From positions 1,178,001 through 1,242,000 of the forward strand of contig NC_090602.1 in NCBI RefSeq assembly GCF_000497125.1: a stretch of 64,000 nt of DNA. Direction: 5' to 3'. Below, one piece after another: positions 40,432 through 53,938 of the stretch (the first letter of the stretch is position 1; every line of letters starts with the position of its first letter). A program made the position numbers and the translations under genes. Under the pieces are notes generated by a model. It did no database searches. It was given only the letters and a program-made list of their open reading frames with translations, and had not been told where the DNA came from. Source of the stretch: Spironucleus salmonicida (taxonomy: Eukaryota).

Positions 40432-41685
40432 TCACTTTAGTTTAGTTTTTATTTACTACAGTTATGATATGCTCTTTTCTAGCTCCTCAATTTCCATATT
40501 CATTGAAGTTTCGTCATAATTAAGCATATCATTACAGATACGAGACAATGATACATCCGGTTATGTATTAACAGATTGATTTAAGGCCAAATAGTCGGAT
40601 TCTTCTAATTCGTTATACATTGAATCGACTACATGTTATGGTCCTTCTAAAACAATATCCGATTCTTAAGGTATTTAATCTTTTTATTGATTTTTTCTGA
40701 AATTTTTGAAAAGTTTATTCAGATCTTATTCATTCTTAGTGGATTCCATATCATGTTCTTCATGTAACATTTCAGTTAACTTATTTTTCAATGAGTCTGT
40801 TAAACTCTGTTCTAGATTATATTTTGTAGGGGAATTTTACTATTATATCTATTAATTATCTTTATCTAATATTAAATTTATTTCATCTAAATATTAATTT
40901 TGAGGACTTTATTAGTAACTCTTTTACAGCTTTATTACTTCATTTTTAGAATTTTATTTTTCAATATTCCATTTGATCTCTTGAACTTTATCACCGAATC
41001 GCACAGTTTTATCAATATTTTTGGCATTTTTAAATTGAGTTAACAATGTCTAATAGTTTTATTGCCATAGTTCCGCCTGCTATTATGAAGCTTATTACTA
41101 ATCCTTCGCAAACATCGTTCTATTTTTATAATCGGCAGACTCTGCTTTTAAGTCAATAATTTATTAACTTAATTCATTGTTTTCTAGCATTAGCTAATCT
41201 TAAACTGCTTAAAATGCTTAAGTAAGTTAGTTTATTTCTTCTTGAAATTCTAATTATGTAATTTAGTTTCCTTTTAATTCTTCATTTTCTATTTATAATT
41301 CTGAATTTAGTTTATGAATTTTCTTAGAATTTGTTAATAGTTCTTTCATCTGAGTTTAAAATTAAGTTAATTTAAGAGTAAGATTATGTGATTTTTACGT
41401 TTCTATAGTCAATTCGTTATATGTTTCATTATACTACTAAGTAAGCTATTCTTTTTCTAAGACTAGATTATTATAATTTTATTCTAGTTCTATGTATTAC
41501 TATGAATCTTATATAGGTTTTTACATTTATTATACTTTTTCAACAAAGGTTGAAGCAGTTCTAGTGCGTATATGTGCTGTAAGTTCTTTAATATGAATAT
41601 TTTAAGCATCAACTTCCTTTTTAAGCATCTGATTCTCGTTTTTTAATCTTAGGTTCTACGACTACAAAACAGGCTGAGAATTCAT
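40432..41685 (-). CDS. Coiled-coil protein (417 aa)
   Basis: Q/E-rich heptads; ends AAG TGA. Confidence 0.65.
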
Positions 41686-41737
41686 TTTTGAAATTTTAAT
41701 AAATAACATATTTAATACTATATAATAACAAAAAATT

Positions 41738-42685
41738 TCACTAAAGCTTTATTTCAATATCACCGCATTGCTCGCTATTTTAATCTTCGCTGATAACATT
41801 CTTAGACAGTTGAATACTACTCCAGTTCATCTTGACGCCAGCTCTGCTCGTTATCCTGCGCATTTTTGGCTATTCGATTGTTAAGTCGACCATACTGGCT
41901 CCTAAATGTGTTGCGATTTGATCGCTAATCTACCAGGAGCTCCCGCCCATTTCGTTGTCGAAGTCCATTCGCGAGAAGGTTTTAGATATGTTTTTTAAGT
42001 TTGTGAGTGATTTTATTTGCATCATTGCATCCGAATGCGAAGATTTAGCTAACTCTTGAGCGTACTTAATAAGTGATGAATTGATCTCCAAATATGTTGG
42101 GAGCCTGGTTGGTATCTTGTTCGTGGGAGGAGTTTTTAGAGGAATATTATTAATAGTAACTTACGGACAGTGCGATAGGGAGAGTGCGAGTTCAGATGGG
42201 GAGAGTAGTCTAGAATCTAGCGCTGAGAGGATTAGTGGTTGGCTAGGAAGCACTTGTAGGAGTTGCAAAAAATCGGAAAATGGAAACGGAGACTAAAAAA
42301 ATGACCCTAAATCCAGTACCAGTGTAACCTGATTGGGATCGATTAATGGGGAAACTGTTGATATAAACGGAATAATAGTCTCTACATATGGATACTTGAA
42401 AAACTCAAAAAGTTGATCTAGAGACTAATAGAAATAATTATCGTCATAAAGGGCAGAGTCTGCAAATTCATTCTACATTATAATGCTCATAAGTGTTTCT
42501 AATGAAATATTTTTAGATACAAAAATGAGTTTTCTGTTTTAGTTCATTTCATAAAAAATTCTGTGAGCTACAAAATCTAAATACTTAGCGGTATCATCAT
42601 AAATATAAGTCATTGCTAACTTAAGAGTATTATTATCTTCTGATATTGCAGAATCTATAAGAGTGTGGTTGTATGAGTCTTGCAT
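41738..42685 (-). CDS. Hypothetical protein (315 aa)
   Basis: MQDSYNHTLIDSA...IEIKLQ*; ends TAG TGA. Confidence 0.6.
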
Positions 42686-42754
42686 TAGTTCGGTAAAAAA
42701 TTAATATTATTATTATATAGTAATGATGATTATAAATCTATAAAAGTTTTTTGA

Positions 42755-43096
42755 ATGAGTTAGTTCTCGAAATTACTCAATTAGCGAGTTAGGAGTCCAT
42801 AAAAAGCTGAAGAAATATATCATAAAAGTACGCGTTATTAAGCAGTATAAATGGCATCAAACAGAAAGCTACGAACTGAACTTGAAAAATAGTAGATTCA
42901 TATCTTAGATGCTAGGTAAAGCTCACTACCATCAATCCTTAGACCAATTTAACAACAAATAATTATACCTGAACGGATTTAGATTTGTGAGTAAGTAGTC
43001 CATGAAGATGTAGATGCAGATTTAAAAGTAATGTTACACTATGTAAAAAATCAAAGGAAAGAGTTTTAAGATCTTGATTTGGATAATACTAAATGA
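42755..43096 (+). CDS. Hypothetical protein (113 aa)
   Basis: MSQFSKLLNQRVRSP...DLDNTK*. Confidence 0.5.
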
Positions 43097-43098
43097 GA

Positions 43099-43380
43099 TC
43101 AATCACTTCGATAACGCTTATTAAATTTACTCTAATAGTGAGTATTTTTATTTACCTATCTGTTCGAAATTTTAAGTTGTATCTAAAGTTTTCTAATTGT
43201 TTGAAGTCTTAGTAATAACTACTCTTCCAATTCAGACATGGATAATTTTTATTTATTTTCTGACACGGATTATTATTCATTTGTGTTACTAGGAGTCATA
43301 CTTTAATTTCCTTTATCATTTGAAGACGAAGTTGACGATGCTAATGATTTTGATAAAGTTGATGGATAATTTTCGAACAT
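43099..43380 (-). CDS. Small Ser-rich / coiled-coil protein (93 aa)
   Basis: MFENYPSTLSKS...; C-rich TCATCCCTCC directly before ATG. Confidence 0.5.
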
Positions 43381-43441
43381 GGAGGGATGAATAAAAAACT
43401 ATATATTTACTGTTAAATACATATTTAGTATAAGTAAAATT

Positions 43442-44239
43442 TCACATAATTCTGGCAAAAATAAATATTTTTTTGTAAATACAATTTAGCAACATATAGG
43501 TCCCGAAATAAACTATGACAGAAAAACATAGCCCTGTAAAGATAAACATAATAACTATGGTATTAGTCGGAATCAGCTTTCCAGGCATAAAATTAAACAC
43601 AAAATCTACCACCAATCCTGCAGTAGCAGGTTTAACATCAGTAACGCAAGTTTAGTTAAAAACAGATTATTCTGGTAAAAATTTTGTTGTATCATTATAG
43701 ACTGATGGATCAATATCAGTAAAAGTTGGTTAAATAATATTTTAATGATGACCTGAGCTAACTAATTTACAAATATTAGAGATATTTGAATTTGCATTAG
43801 TAACCTATATATCAAACTCTTAAATATTTTCAATTTTGGTTCCAAAGAAGCTTTCAATTTAAATAAAAACCTTCAAATAGTAAGGCTATCCGAACTGAAC
43901 TAAAGGAAATTAAGGTGTAAAAGCTGTTGGAATGCTAAGCTTTAAAACATTCTTTTGAGGCTAAGTAGTCATTACATACGATGCTGGGAGATCTGTGCCT
44001 ACTATTCCTGGATTTAATTCATTTACTCCAACATTACTTAAGAAAATTAACATATCATATTTTTTAATAGATGGAGGACCGAGCTAAAACTCGGAGGTAA
44101 ATATTCTGTACAAGAACAGAAAGCATACATAAGCTGATATGGAAAGTGGTATAATCTACTTCAATACTAGTAAAGGAATATAATGTAGCTTTCTTTTAGC
44201 TAGTACAGTAGTTTCTTAATTAAGCTAGTAGTTATTCAT
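43442..44239 (-). CDS. Two-TM membrane protein with large loop (265 aa), topology like TMEM231
   Basis: TM1 IIPLSISAYVCFLFLY, TM2 IVIMFIFTGLCFSVIVYFGTYMLL; frame fully translated without TGA; family call is tentative. Confidence 0.55.
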
Positions 44240-44338
44240 TTAGAAACTTCATAATAATAAATGTATAATAATGAAATAAACTAAATATATAATTATCAAT
44301 ATTATATCGTATTAAGCAACATCTATTATAATTTTTCA

Positions 44339-47300
44339 ATGGAACTCGAGTATGTATAAACCCTCTATTTCAGAAAGCTAGCACCAGAAAAAATAACAAT
44401 TACAGCCACTCATCATTCATAGAAAAAGAATATCATCTTTGCGGGGTTATCAAATGGTACAATTATAGGTTGGGATCTTTATTTGCCAATACCAGTAGCA
44501 CGCCTAGTTGCAATCGCCGCACATTCTGGTGCTGTTACAGCACTTTCTTTTCATCATGTTCATGGTCTACTCGTTTCAGGTGGATTAGACCAATAAGTTC
44601 GTGTTTGGGATGTTGTATTTTCTGATTTGATTGATGTATCAGGTGTTTAATAGCTTAAAATGGAACACTTTTTAAATAATGATCCATTTTATGTAGCTCA
44701 TGGTGGTACTGTAGCACCTTTTAATACACCTAATGACTAAAATTAAATGTCAAGAAAAACTGTACTAGTACAAGAATTTGCAGAAAACTCAAGAAAAATA
44801 GTGCAAATTAAAGAATAAGGTTCAGGGTTTTTAGTTTTATGTGGTGATGGAACTTTTAATTATTTTTAGTAGTTAAATGATTTCACAACGAAGCATTTAA
44901 TAAAATATCCACAATTTCATTTGAAAGATAGAGTATATTTAGGATTAGAAAGGAATGATATTGATAGACGAATGGATATTATGGATTTGGCAAATAAATC
45001 AACAAAAAGCCTTTCTACAAATGCTAGCATAGTAAAAGTAGAGCTAGATTCAAAAGCAGGGAGCTAAACAATTAGAAGCATGGAAAGTCCTTTACTATGT
45101 AGTAAAGTTTCCCCAACATGTTGTATTACTACAAGATAAGATGGTAATATTTTTTGCGGTGATAGTATGGGGTAAGTTCATTGCTTATCTATAAATTAAG
45201 ACAAAATATAATATTAATATTGTATTGGGAATGTTCATCGGTTATAAATTAACTAGATGATGTATTTAGCTAAAGAAAATGCGATTATTACCTGTAGCTA
45301 AGAAGGAACTATCAGAAGTATAGTATCAGTTACTGGCTAGATATATTATTCTTTCAATAACTAGAGAGTTAAATAATTTATTGATATTTGTTGTGTTTTA
45401 AGGGAAGTTTAACTAACTGAAGAAGAAAAGGCCGATAAAATTAAAAAACGTAAATTAGAAAGAGATGCTTAACTAAAAAACCAAAATAGATTAACTACTG
45501 TCAGTACGCCAGATAACAACAGCAATGACTAAATTCACACTAATTTATTACCGCCTAAACCTTCTTCTAGAGGTTCATTGAAGAAAGCTGGAGAAGATGT
45601 TCAGATTCTTGCTAATGTAATATCTTCCTCTGAAATGACTTCTGGAGAATCTGTATCGAATTTGTAAGATAATCTTGTGTTAGCAATAGATTCAGATTCT
45701 CAGATCTCAGTTATTGATGCAGCAGTAGGCAATTCAGTCGCCGAAATATCATTTACTGATATAGCACCAAATCTTGCTATTATTCAATAGGATTTAGAAA
45801 AATATAATATAGATACAACACTTCCAATTGTTTGTGATTTTAGACAATCGAAAAACTCAAGTATGTATGCAGTTTAGAAATAAAATACAAGTGCAAGTGA
45901 TGAATATAAACTTCTAAAATTGAACTATAAGCGTTAGTAGTAATAGGCTTAATCAGATGCTTTTCTTGATCATCCAAATTTGACATTATTTGAGGATTCA
46001 CGAGTTGTTAGTATGTTTGTATTCAATCACTAAGTTACTGGATAGTAGTAGGTGTGCTTTGTGAGATATAATTGCATGGATGTGTATTCTCCTAAATTTA
46101 AGACTAGACAATAAGATTAAAAAATATAGAAGCCTGTTAGACTAATGAGTTTACTATTAATGAGTGTTCAGTAATAAAACTTTGACGAAAATATAAGTGA
46201 GCAGAAAAGGAAAAAGTTAGAATAAGCTGAATTTGATGATAATCTGAAACTAACCTTATCTGCTGATCGCATTTTTAAAAGTAGAAGTGTAGCTGGGGAT
46301 GGGAGAATATCAGGTTTTAATTAGTATATGTAGTAATATAGATTGTAAAAAGTACAATTAGGTAAAATTAATGAACCTTTGTAATAATTAAGGTCCTTGT
46401 CACCATTTATGCCTAGAGATTTAGATAGTATTGAGTCATTTGTTAAAAATAATATTGATAATTAGGGTAACTTACCTAAGATCGATGCTCCTAATAGGCA
46501 AGGTGTTGTGGATTCGATGACTAAAATGTCGGTTCCATTTTATGTTTTAATGGCTACAGAAGATAATATTATTAATAATTTTGACCCACGGGTTGTTAGG
46601 AAACCATATCACAACTACAATATTGATTTTTCGACTATAATGAATGCGGAAACTATTGACTTTTAGAAATATACAGATCTTAACGTTACATATAGAAAAT
46701 TATCAACATAGTAAGAAGGAATTTTAAAAACATCAAAAATTCCAGTTGGAGAACTTCCGAAAATTTAACCTATGCCAAACCCAAACAACATTTACTCACG
46801 CCTAACAAAAGGGACTTTAAGAAATGGAAAGGAAATGGCGTCACTATCATTAAGATAGGCAACGAACTGTTCTTCTTAACGCGAGTCTGAATATCGCTTC
46901 TACCATACAAATGCAAAATCTATTGATTCGTAACAAGATCTTGGATTTTATGATCAAGACGTAATTTACAACGTAGTAGATGATGGATCACTGAAAAATG
47001 ATATTAATAAAATGGATATCGAGGTTAAAAAAGTTTCTGAATTGCCTGCATCAAATTGTTTTGAATCAATAATAGATACTGATCCGAAAAATCATAGAGA
47101 TGTACTAGTTTTTGGTCACGAAGATGGTTCATTGACATTTTAACATTTGCTTTCAGGTCACATGATAAGAGCTTTTGGTGCTCATTCTACAGTTATTACA
47201 TAGATTGTATCATTGTAAAATACATCTGGATTTTAGATAGTCTCTATATCTTCAGATTCCCGATTATTTTCAGTTTTAGTACCAAAAACAAATGCATTTA

Positions 47301-48385
47301 GAATTTCATTTTTAGGTTGCTGTTAATTTCCACATGGTATTATTTCTGCTGCATGTGCTGGTAATAATCAAGTCCTCTTCGCAGATTAACATGGTAATAT
47401 TTATTATTGTTAATTGCCATTAACTTCACTGACAAGATTTTTAAAAATATTTAATGGCCCAGAATTCTTTAAGAAGAATGCAGACAAAGTACCAGTTAGC
47501 CATACTTAAGTTATTGAAGCGTAAGATAGCCCAAATAAGCCAGATTCTCCTTAAAGTAGAGGCTCAAAACGTAGAAAACGATAATAACAAACATAAAATT
47601 CAGGTGATAAGCTATCAGACTTTCCATACAGTGTTCATACAATGTAAATTCGTGAATAAAAGCTTTATGTTGTTTTTGAAAATTCTTGGTGTATGGTTTT
47701 TAATAACCTCTTAGGAGACATCGATCAATGGTAAAGTTCATTTGCGTAAGGTGCCAAGGATACAAAGTTATATTTTAAGTCTAATTCTAACTTTAGTACC
47801 ACACAGGAATATTGCTCTCCAGACTATGTATTCAAAATTAATGAGTCTGATACAATAACAACAGTTTACATTATTGCACCTGTCTAAAATGGACGAAAAA
47901 TGCTTGTGAATCCAAATGAAGTAAAGAACAGAGTTCAAACTGAACTGCATGAGGCGCATATATCTTTAAAAGTTGACGAAGCATAAAAGGAAAAGGACAA
48001 AAAAATGTGTAGAAATGCAAAAATTGAAGGCAAATTTATTAATTAAAATGCAAATGTTAAACTTTAAGAATTTTTAAAAGAAAAAACTGAAATAGTAAAA
48101 GAAGAAGATATGATTAGTATGGGTGCTGATTAATTCATACTAGTTGGCTTTAAGAGTGGAGTTTTGAAAGTATTTAGTAGTCAAGGTGAGATGAAATAAG
48201 AGTTTAAATTTAATGATGCCATAACAGGGATTGTAGGTGTAAATCGGGATTTAATAGGAATGCGAATTATTAATTAATTAAAAGAATTTAGAGGAAATCC
48301 TGATCTTTTAAAGACTTTTTGGGTTGGAATGGCTGATGCTTCTGTTGATTCAGATTAGTGTGGGGTATTTTTAGGCGATGAATGA
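44339..48385 (+). CDS. Large WD40-repeat protein (1348 aa)
   Basis: AGLSNGTIIGWD, AHSGAVTAL...LVSGGLDQQVRVWD, FGHEDGS...AHSTVIT. Confidence 0.8.
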
Positions 48386-48548
48386 AATTAGTAAAAACTA
48401 CAGATGCAAGTGATTGATGAGAAATTAATAATATTTTATAAAATATAGTACTGTGATTTCTAATTGTCATAAAATCCAGATGTTTTTCAAACAGTTTTTG
48501 CAAATAATATAACATTTAATTTATTATAAAATAATAAGATCGTCTAAA

Positions 48549-49283
48549 ATGTCATCTCCAACAACACCGACACTTCCTAATTTATCAGGTTCATCTACCC
48601 CATTATCATCATCAAAAAAGTTCATTACAGAAGCAAACAAGACATAACTGACACTTGAAAGAAGAATTCAATACCTTAAGACATAACTAGATGCAACTAA
48701 AGCTCAAAATAAACATTTTGACAGTGAATATCAGAATTCTATGAAATCTTAGGATAATAATCAATAAACTAAGGAAATGTTAGAATAATCTAGATTTAAA
48801 AGAGAATCTGAAAGAGAAGCTAGATAGAAAAAGGCAGATGAACTAAAGCAATAAATTGAATAGAATCTAACAAAAACTAGAAGCTCTTTATCCAATTCAA
48901 GAAGAGATTGTTATCATGAAGGTAGAGATGAGTATCTTAGCCTTCTTGATAGAAAGCATAAAGATCATCAAGAGAACTTGAACAAAAAGAGAGAAAGACA
49001 CGACTTGACCAAATAGTCAGAGGAAAGTGCCAATTAATCAGTCAAACGTGCTGAAAGAGATAGACAAGGTAAAATAAATTAGAGTAGAATGGAGACTAGC
49101 TAAATTTATACCAACACTGGCAGAGATTTCTTATCTAAAGCAGAAAATCTTCAGAAAGAGGAAGAGGCACTAATGAAGTAGATATAATCTATTTAAGAGA
49201 ATACCTAGTAGATCTAACAGAAGATGTAATCGAAAATAAGATCAAGGGTGGGATCTAGAAGCAATAGTGCTAAAGTGAAATGA
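48549..49283 (+). CDS. Charged coiled-coil protein (244 aa)
   Basis: MSSPTTPTLP start, then R/E/K/Q-rich helix. Confidence 0.7.
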
Positions 49284-49828
49284 TACTTAATTTTGAATTA
49301 AATTTGTACATTATATCAGAGATGAAATATTTATAGTACATATGAAATAATGTTGCTCTTCAAACTAAAGTTACCTTATATTTTATTTTTATTTTACTAT
49401 ATTAATTGTTTAATTGTATTTAAGCATACCTTATATTATCTTTCATTAATACTATATTAAAGCATTCTTAATTAATTTATTACCGGACAGTTTTCTTTAT
49501 GATATAATATCAAACATAATATCCTTATAATACAATCTTATAATATAAAATAATAGAGCTAATTTTAGTGTAAAATAATGAAATTGTCACGACATTAAAT
49601 TTTTAAATATTAAAAAACACCAATATTGAATATATTTATGTATTAATAATCTGATGTGAAGCCAACAAAATCCTATATCATCCCACATTGAAATTTATCT
49701 TCAAATATCATTACTATTACTATATTAGTTTTGTTATTTCATCACCATAACTATAAAATATAATTATACAAATACTTCTTGGTTTATATAGAAATATAAA
49801 ATAAATATCTATGATAAATACCTAAAAA

Positions 49829-50704
49829 TCACGCAAAATAAACTCCTCTCTTAGTAAGACTACTTAGTAGCATCAAAAAGTCATCCACACTCATTTTTGC
49901 GCTTCGAATTTCCTAAAAAGTATTTTCTGCTATGCTTTCTGCAATAAGAATCTTCAATTCCTCAGTTGTTATCTATTTCTTATTAGCTAAAATATAGTTT
50001 TAAACCAGTTCCTTCAGCAAGAATTTTACTCCAAAAATAGCACTAAGCTAACGATTTTTCTTACTAAAACATACTCTAGTTAAGCCTTCAAATTGTAAAT
50101 ATTCTTGCATACTAAGATTTTGGTTTGTTTATGGAATAACTTCGACAACAGCAGAGTCAACCTTTGGTGGTGGAGTGAAGTTTTATGGGCCAACTTTAAG
50201 GATAATTTTGGCAGACTTCGCTAACAAACGGGTGTTAACCGATAATCTGGAGTATGCAGATTAATTAGGTTCAGCTACTATACCTTAACAAAATTCAAGC
50301 TAGAACATCAGTGTAAATTTACGAATTCTAGTAGATGTATGAGCAAGGGATAAGAGTTTGAAAAGTATTGAAGACGATACATTATAAGGACAGTTAGAAA
50401 CGCAAATATCAAAGGGTGGAATTTCAGGCATCTTACAGAAATCCCCAGAGATAACAGTAAGTTTAGATCGTAGTTCTGGAGGAACACGCTTTTTAAGTTC
50501 TGACACCATTCTTGGATCAATTTCAATAGCTATTACATGTTTTGCAACTGGTAAAAGATGCATTGTTAAATTACCAGAGCCTGGACCAATTTCTAATACT
50601 GTGTCTGAAGAACGAATTTCTGCCAATCTAACAATGTTTTATATAACGGCAGTATTGGTCAAAAAGTGTTAACCATGATTTTTAGTCAGTTAATAACCAG
50701 ACAT
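49829..50704 (-). CDS. DIM1: 18S rRNA dimethyladenosine transferase Dim1 (291 aa)
   Basis: GQHFL, VLEIGPGSGNLT, EIDPRM, SNCPYNVSS, YSRLSVNT, FTPPPKVDSAVV. Confidence 0.95.
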
Positions 50705-50751
50705 ATGAATAGAAGTGGAGGTGGGAGTGACTATGGTATTAATATATCCTT
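50705..50751. promoter_or_regulatory. Very short divergent promoter between DIM1 and OGT-like
   Basis: 47 bp between the ATGs; minus-strand CACTCCCACCTCCACTT precedes DIM1. Confidence 0.55.
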
Positions 50752-53472
50752 ATGAAAGATATAAATATGAATAAAAATGATTAAGGACTAACTAATGATG
50801 AGTTGTAGTCATTAAGAGACTTATTTCGAAAAGAAGCATTAATTGATGAAGTTTTTGAAAAATAGCAAGAGATAAAAAAAATATAGGATATTAATGAATT
50901 CATTTTAAATGGATAGTTATTAGATGCGTAATATCTTATAGATAATCTGAATATTAAATATGTAGATATCATAACTATTAGACAAATATACTCTTAGTGT
51001 AAATTAAATAAATAGATTCCATTATAAATTGAAGTAATGAAAAAAATATTTGAATATGGTTAGGTTTTCGATGACGTAATAGAATAAATAACAAATTGCT
51101 ATGAAATTTATCAACATTAAATAGCTTTTAATACTATTCAAAAGTATTTAGATAGATTTGAGGAATATTAAAATACTTGGCTGTTAATGGAATTAGCAGA
51201 TTATTTATTATTTTTCAAAAGATAATATTCCAAATCGTTATTATTATACTAACAATTACTTGAATATTAAAATAATGATGCATTACTAAGTTTGAATATA
51301 AATATTGGGTTGAACATCGCCAGATACCTAACAATACCGAATTAAATATAGCTTACTTTAAATAATGGCTTACATTATCTAGAGTAGACAAAATAATTGT
51401 AAATAAAAGAAAGATAAAGATCATATTTATATATTAAGCTTGGTAAGCTTTTTTATAACATATCTAAGCCATCTTTAGCATTAGAATGCTTGCATACGGC
51501 TCATCTATTAGATACGTCATATTTACGTCCATTATTTATGATAATTAGTTTATTATAATGTTAATTAAGAATAAACTTAGCAAAACCTTTACTAAAGAAA
51601 GCTCCAATTAATCATTATAAGACATATCATTATTATGGAATTGCTGCATAGTTTTCAGATTCACATAAAGAAGCGGTATAATTCTTTACTAAATCTATTT
51701 AATTAAACTAAACATACATGAAAAATTATTTATTCATTGGAGATAGTTATGTAAAGCTATCAAATTTTAATCGAGCGCTGGAATGCTACTAATATGCATT
51801 AGAATTAGATTCAAATGTTCCATAAATATAAATGAAAATCATCAATATTAAAGCTATATTATGTATATATACGGATCACCAGCAGGATTTGAATTAGGTG
51901 ATACTTACTTTAGATAATTATTTACATAGAACCTAGAACCAACAATCGTCTATAAATATAATGAAGCCTATAAACCAGCCTCCAATGTTGTTGAAATAAT
52001 ATTATTCATTTAAAATGAAACCGGATTTACTCCATCAACTTGGAAAGATAATAGAAATAATGAATTATAAAAAAAATTAGCTAATAATAGATTAGGAATA
52101 AATATAGACTTACCCATTTACATTTAATCATCTACTTATTAATGATAAAAAGAAATAAATAATAAAACCAAGTAAATTAGGATTTTTATTATAATTACGT
52201 GTTGATGGATAATTTTTACAGGCTTTTATTGACTTTTTCAAGATGATAGATTAGTCAAAAATAATCCCACATATATATTTCTTTGAGTTATAGTAAGAAC
52301 ATTACTTACAATTATTCTAAAAAGCTAATATAACCTATACTATTTTTAAAGAATAAAATCCTATTAAAATAGCATAAATAATTTATTCTTAGCATATAAA
52401 TATTCTTATCAATATGAATATGCCTGATAGTTTTGTTTGTTAGATATGTTAACTTAAACCTGCTCCTATTTAAATATTATATTTCTAGAACCCTGGATCA
52501 TCTGGAATGAAATAATACGATTATATTATTGGTGATAAAGTTATCTGCCCGATTTAAAAACATTATTTCTATACAGAATAGATTATCATGCTACCTATTT
52601 GTTTTTAAATCTCTAGTCACGCTATTCTATTTAAAGATAGTATATTAGATGAAGAAAGAAATGAATTCGAAAAACCAATAGTTAATAACAATTAAGTTAT
52701 AATTTACGACTAAGATTTAATGACAGGCGTCATCCACATTACACTTAAAGAAAGGACATCGAATGAGTTTGTTCCAGCCAGTTATCCTATAGGTAAATAG
52801 AATTTGCGCAAATATTTTAATATACCAGAAGATGGATTTGTTTTTGGAACCTTTAGTCAATTCTATAAATTTGATGTTGAATTTTTAAATATGATTGTAG
52901 AAATTATGATTTAATGTTCAAATGCTTATTTTATATGTTTAGAATCGCCAGTTGAAGCTGTTGTTAATATTATTAACTATGTAGATAATAAACAGCATAA
53001 ATTATCCTCTAGGTTTATATTTTTACCTTATCTAGATATATAACATAATATTATTAGGCTCAGAAGATCCTTAGTCATTGATGTATTATTGGATACTGTT
53101 AGGTTGTCTGGGAATTATATTATTTAAGATGCTCTATTTGTAGGTACGTTAGTTTTATGTCAGTAAAAAGATTATATGGGATCACGGATTGCAAGTAGTT
53201 ATTTATCCTAAGTTTAGTTATAAGACTTAATTTGCTAGAGTTATAGTGAAATGAGAGATAAGGCAGTGTAACTGTACAGCGATAAAGTATAATTTAATCA
53301 TTATAAGAAAATCCTTTAGAAAAATTACAAAAATATATTTGACCTCTAAGAATATGTATACTACTTCTAGAAAGCGATGCTATAGGTGAATTCTAATTGG
53401 TAATAAGGATTGGCGCCAGCATCTTTTGAAGTTGAAAAAGAACCAAATTATTAAAAATCTGATTAAAAATGA
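50752..53472 (+). CDS. OGT: TPR + GT41 O-GlcNAc transferase-like protein (906 aa; alternative start 50767)
   Basis: ILINMN...KPAPIQ...PGSSG..YDYIIGD...YTEQ, IPEDGFVFGTFSQFYKFD, DVLLDT, SRIASS. Confidence 0.85.
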
Positions 53473-53514
53473 TTCTTTTATATTATTTATAATATAGTAT
53501 TCACTTCCCCTTAA

Positions 53515-53754
53515 ATGTCTAGTTCAGACGATGCATTAAACATAGAAGACTAAAATGTATAAGAGGATATTTATGAACCATTATACAATAATGTACATAT
53601 TTGGGATTTGGATTTAGATTCAATACCAGAAAAAATGTGGAGAAATTGTAGAACTAGGGAAGATATTACTAAATATTTCAATTATGGATTTGATGAGGTT
53701 ACATTTAGGATGTTTTAGCAATACAAGTAAAAACAAATGAAAGGTTAAAAGTGA
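53515..53754 (+). CDS. FIP1: Minimal Fip1 polyadenylation factor (79 aa)
   Basis: DLDLDSIPEKMWR...DITKYFNYGFDEVTF is the Fip1 motif. Confidence 0.85.
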
Positions 53755-53938
53755 TATATAAATTTATCGTCATTTTTTGAATAATACTTTATCAGTTCTT
53801 AGGTTATATTTTAGCTAGTAATATAAACAATAATACCTATCACCGATATCTAGGTCAAATCTGGCTATTAAAATTACTAATAACAATCATATTTCTATTT
53901 ATAATAAAATATATAATATTCATAATTTTCAGTTCAAA

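Noticed and set aside
43515-43748. Plus-strand ORF MTEKHSPV...
   Set aside because: Short and antisense to a longer coherent two-TM gene
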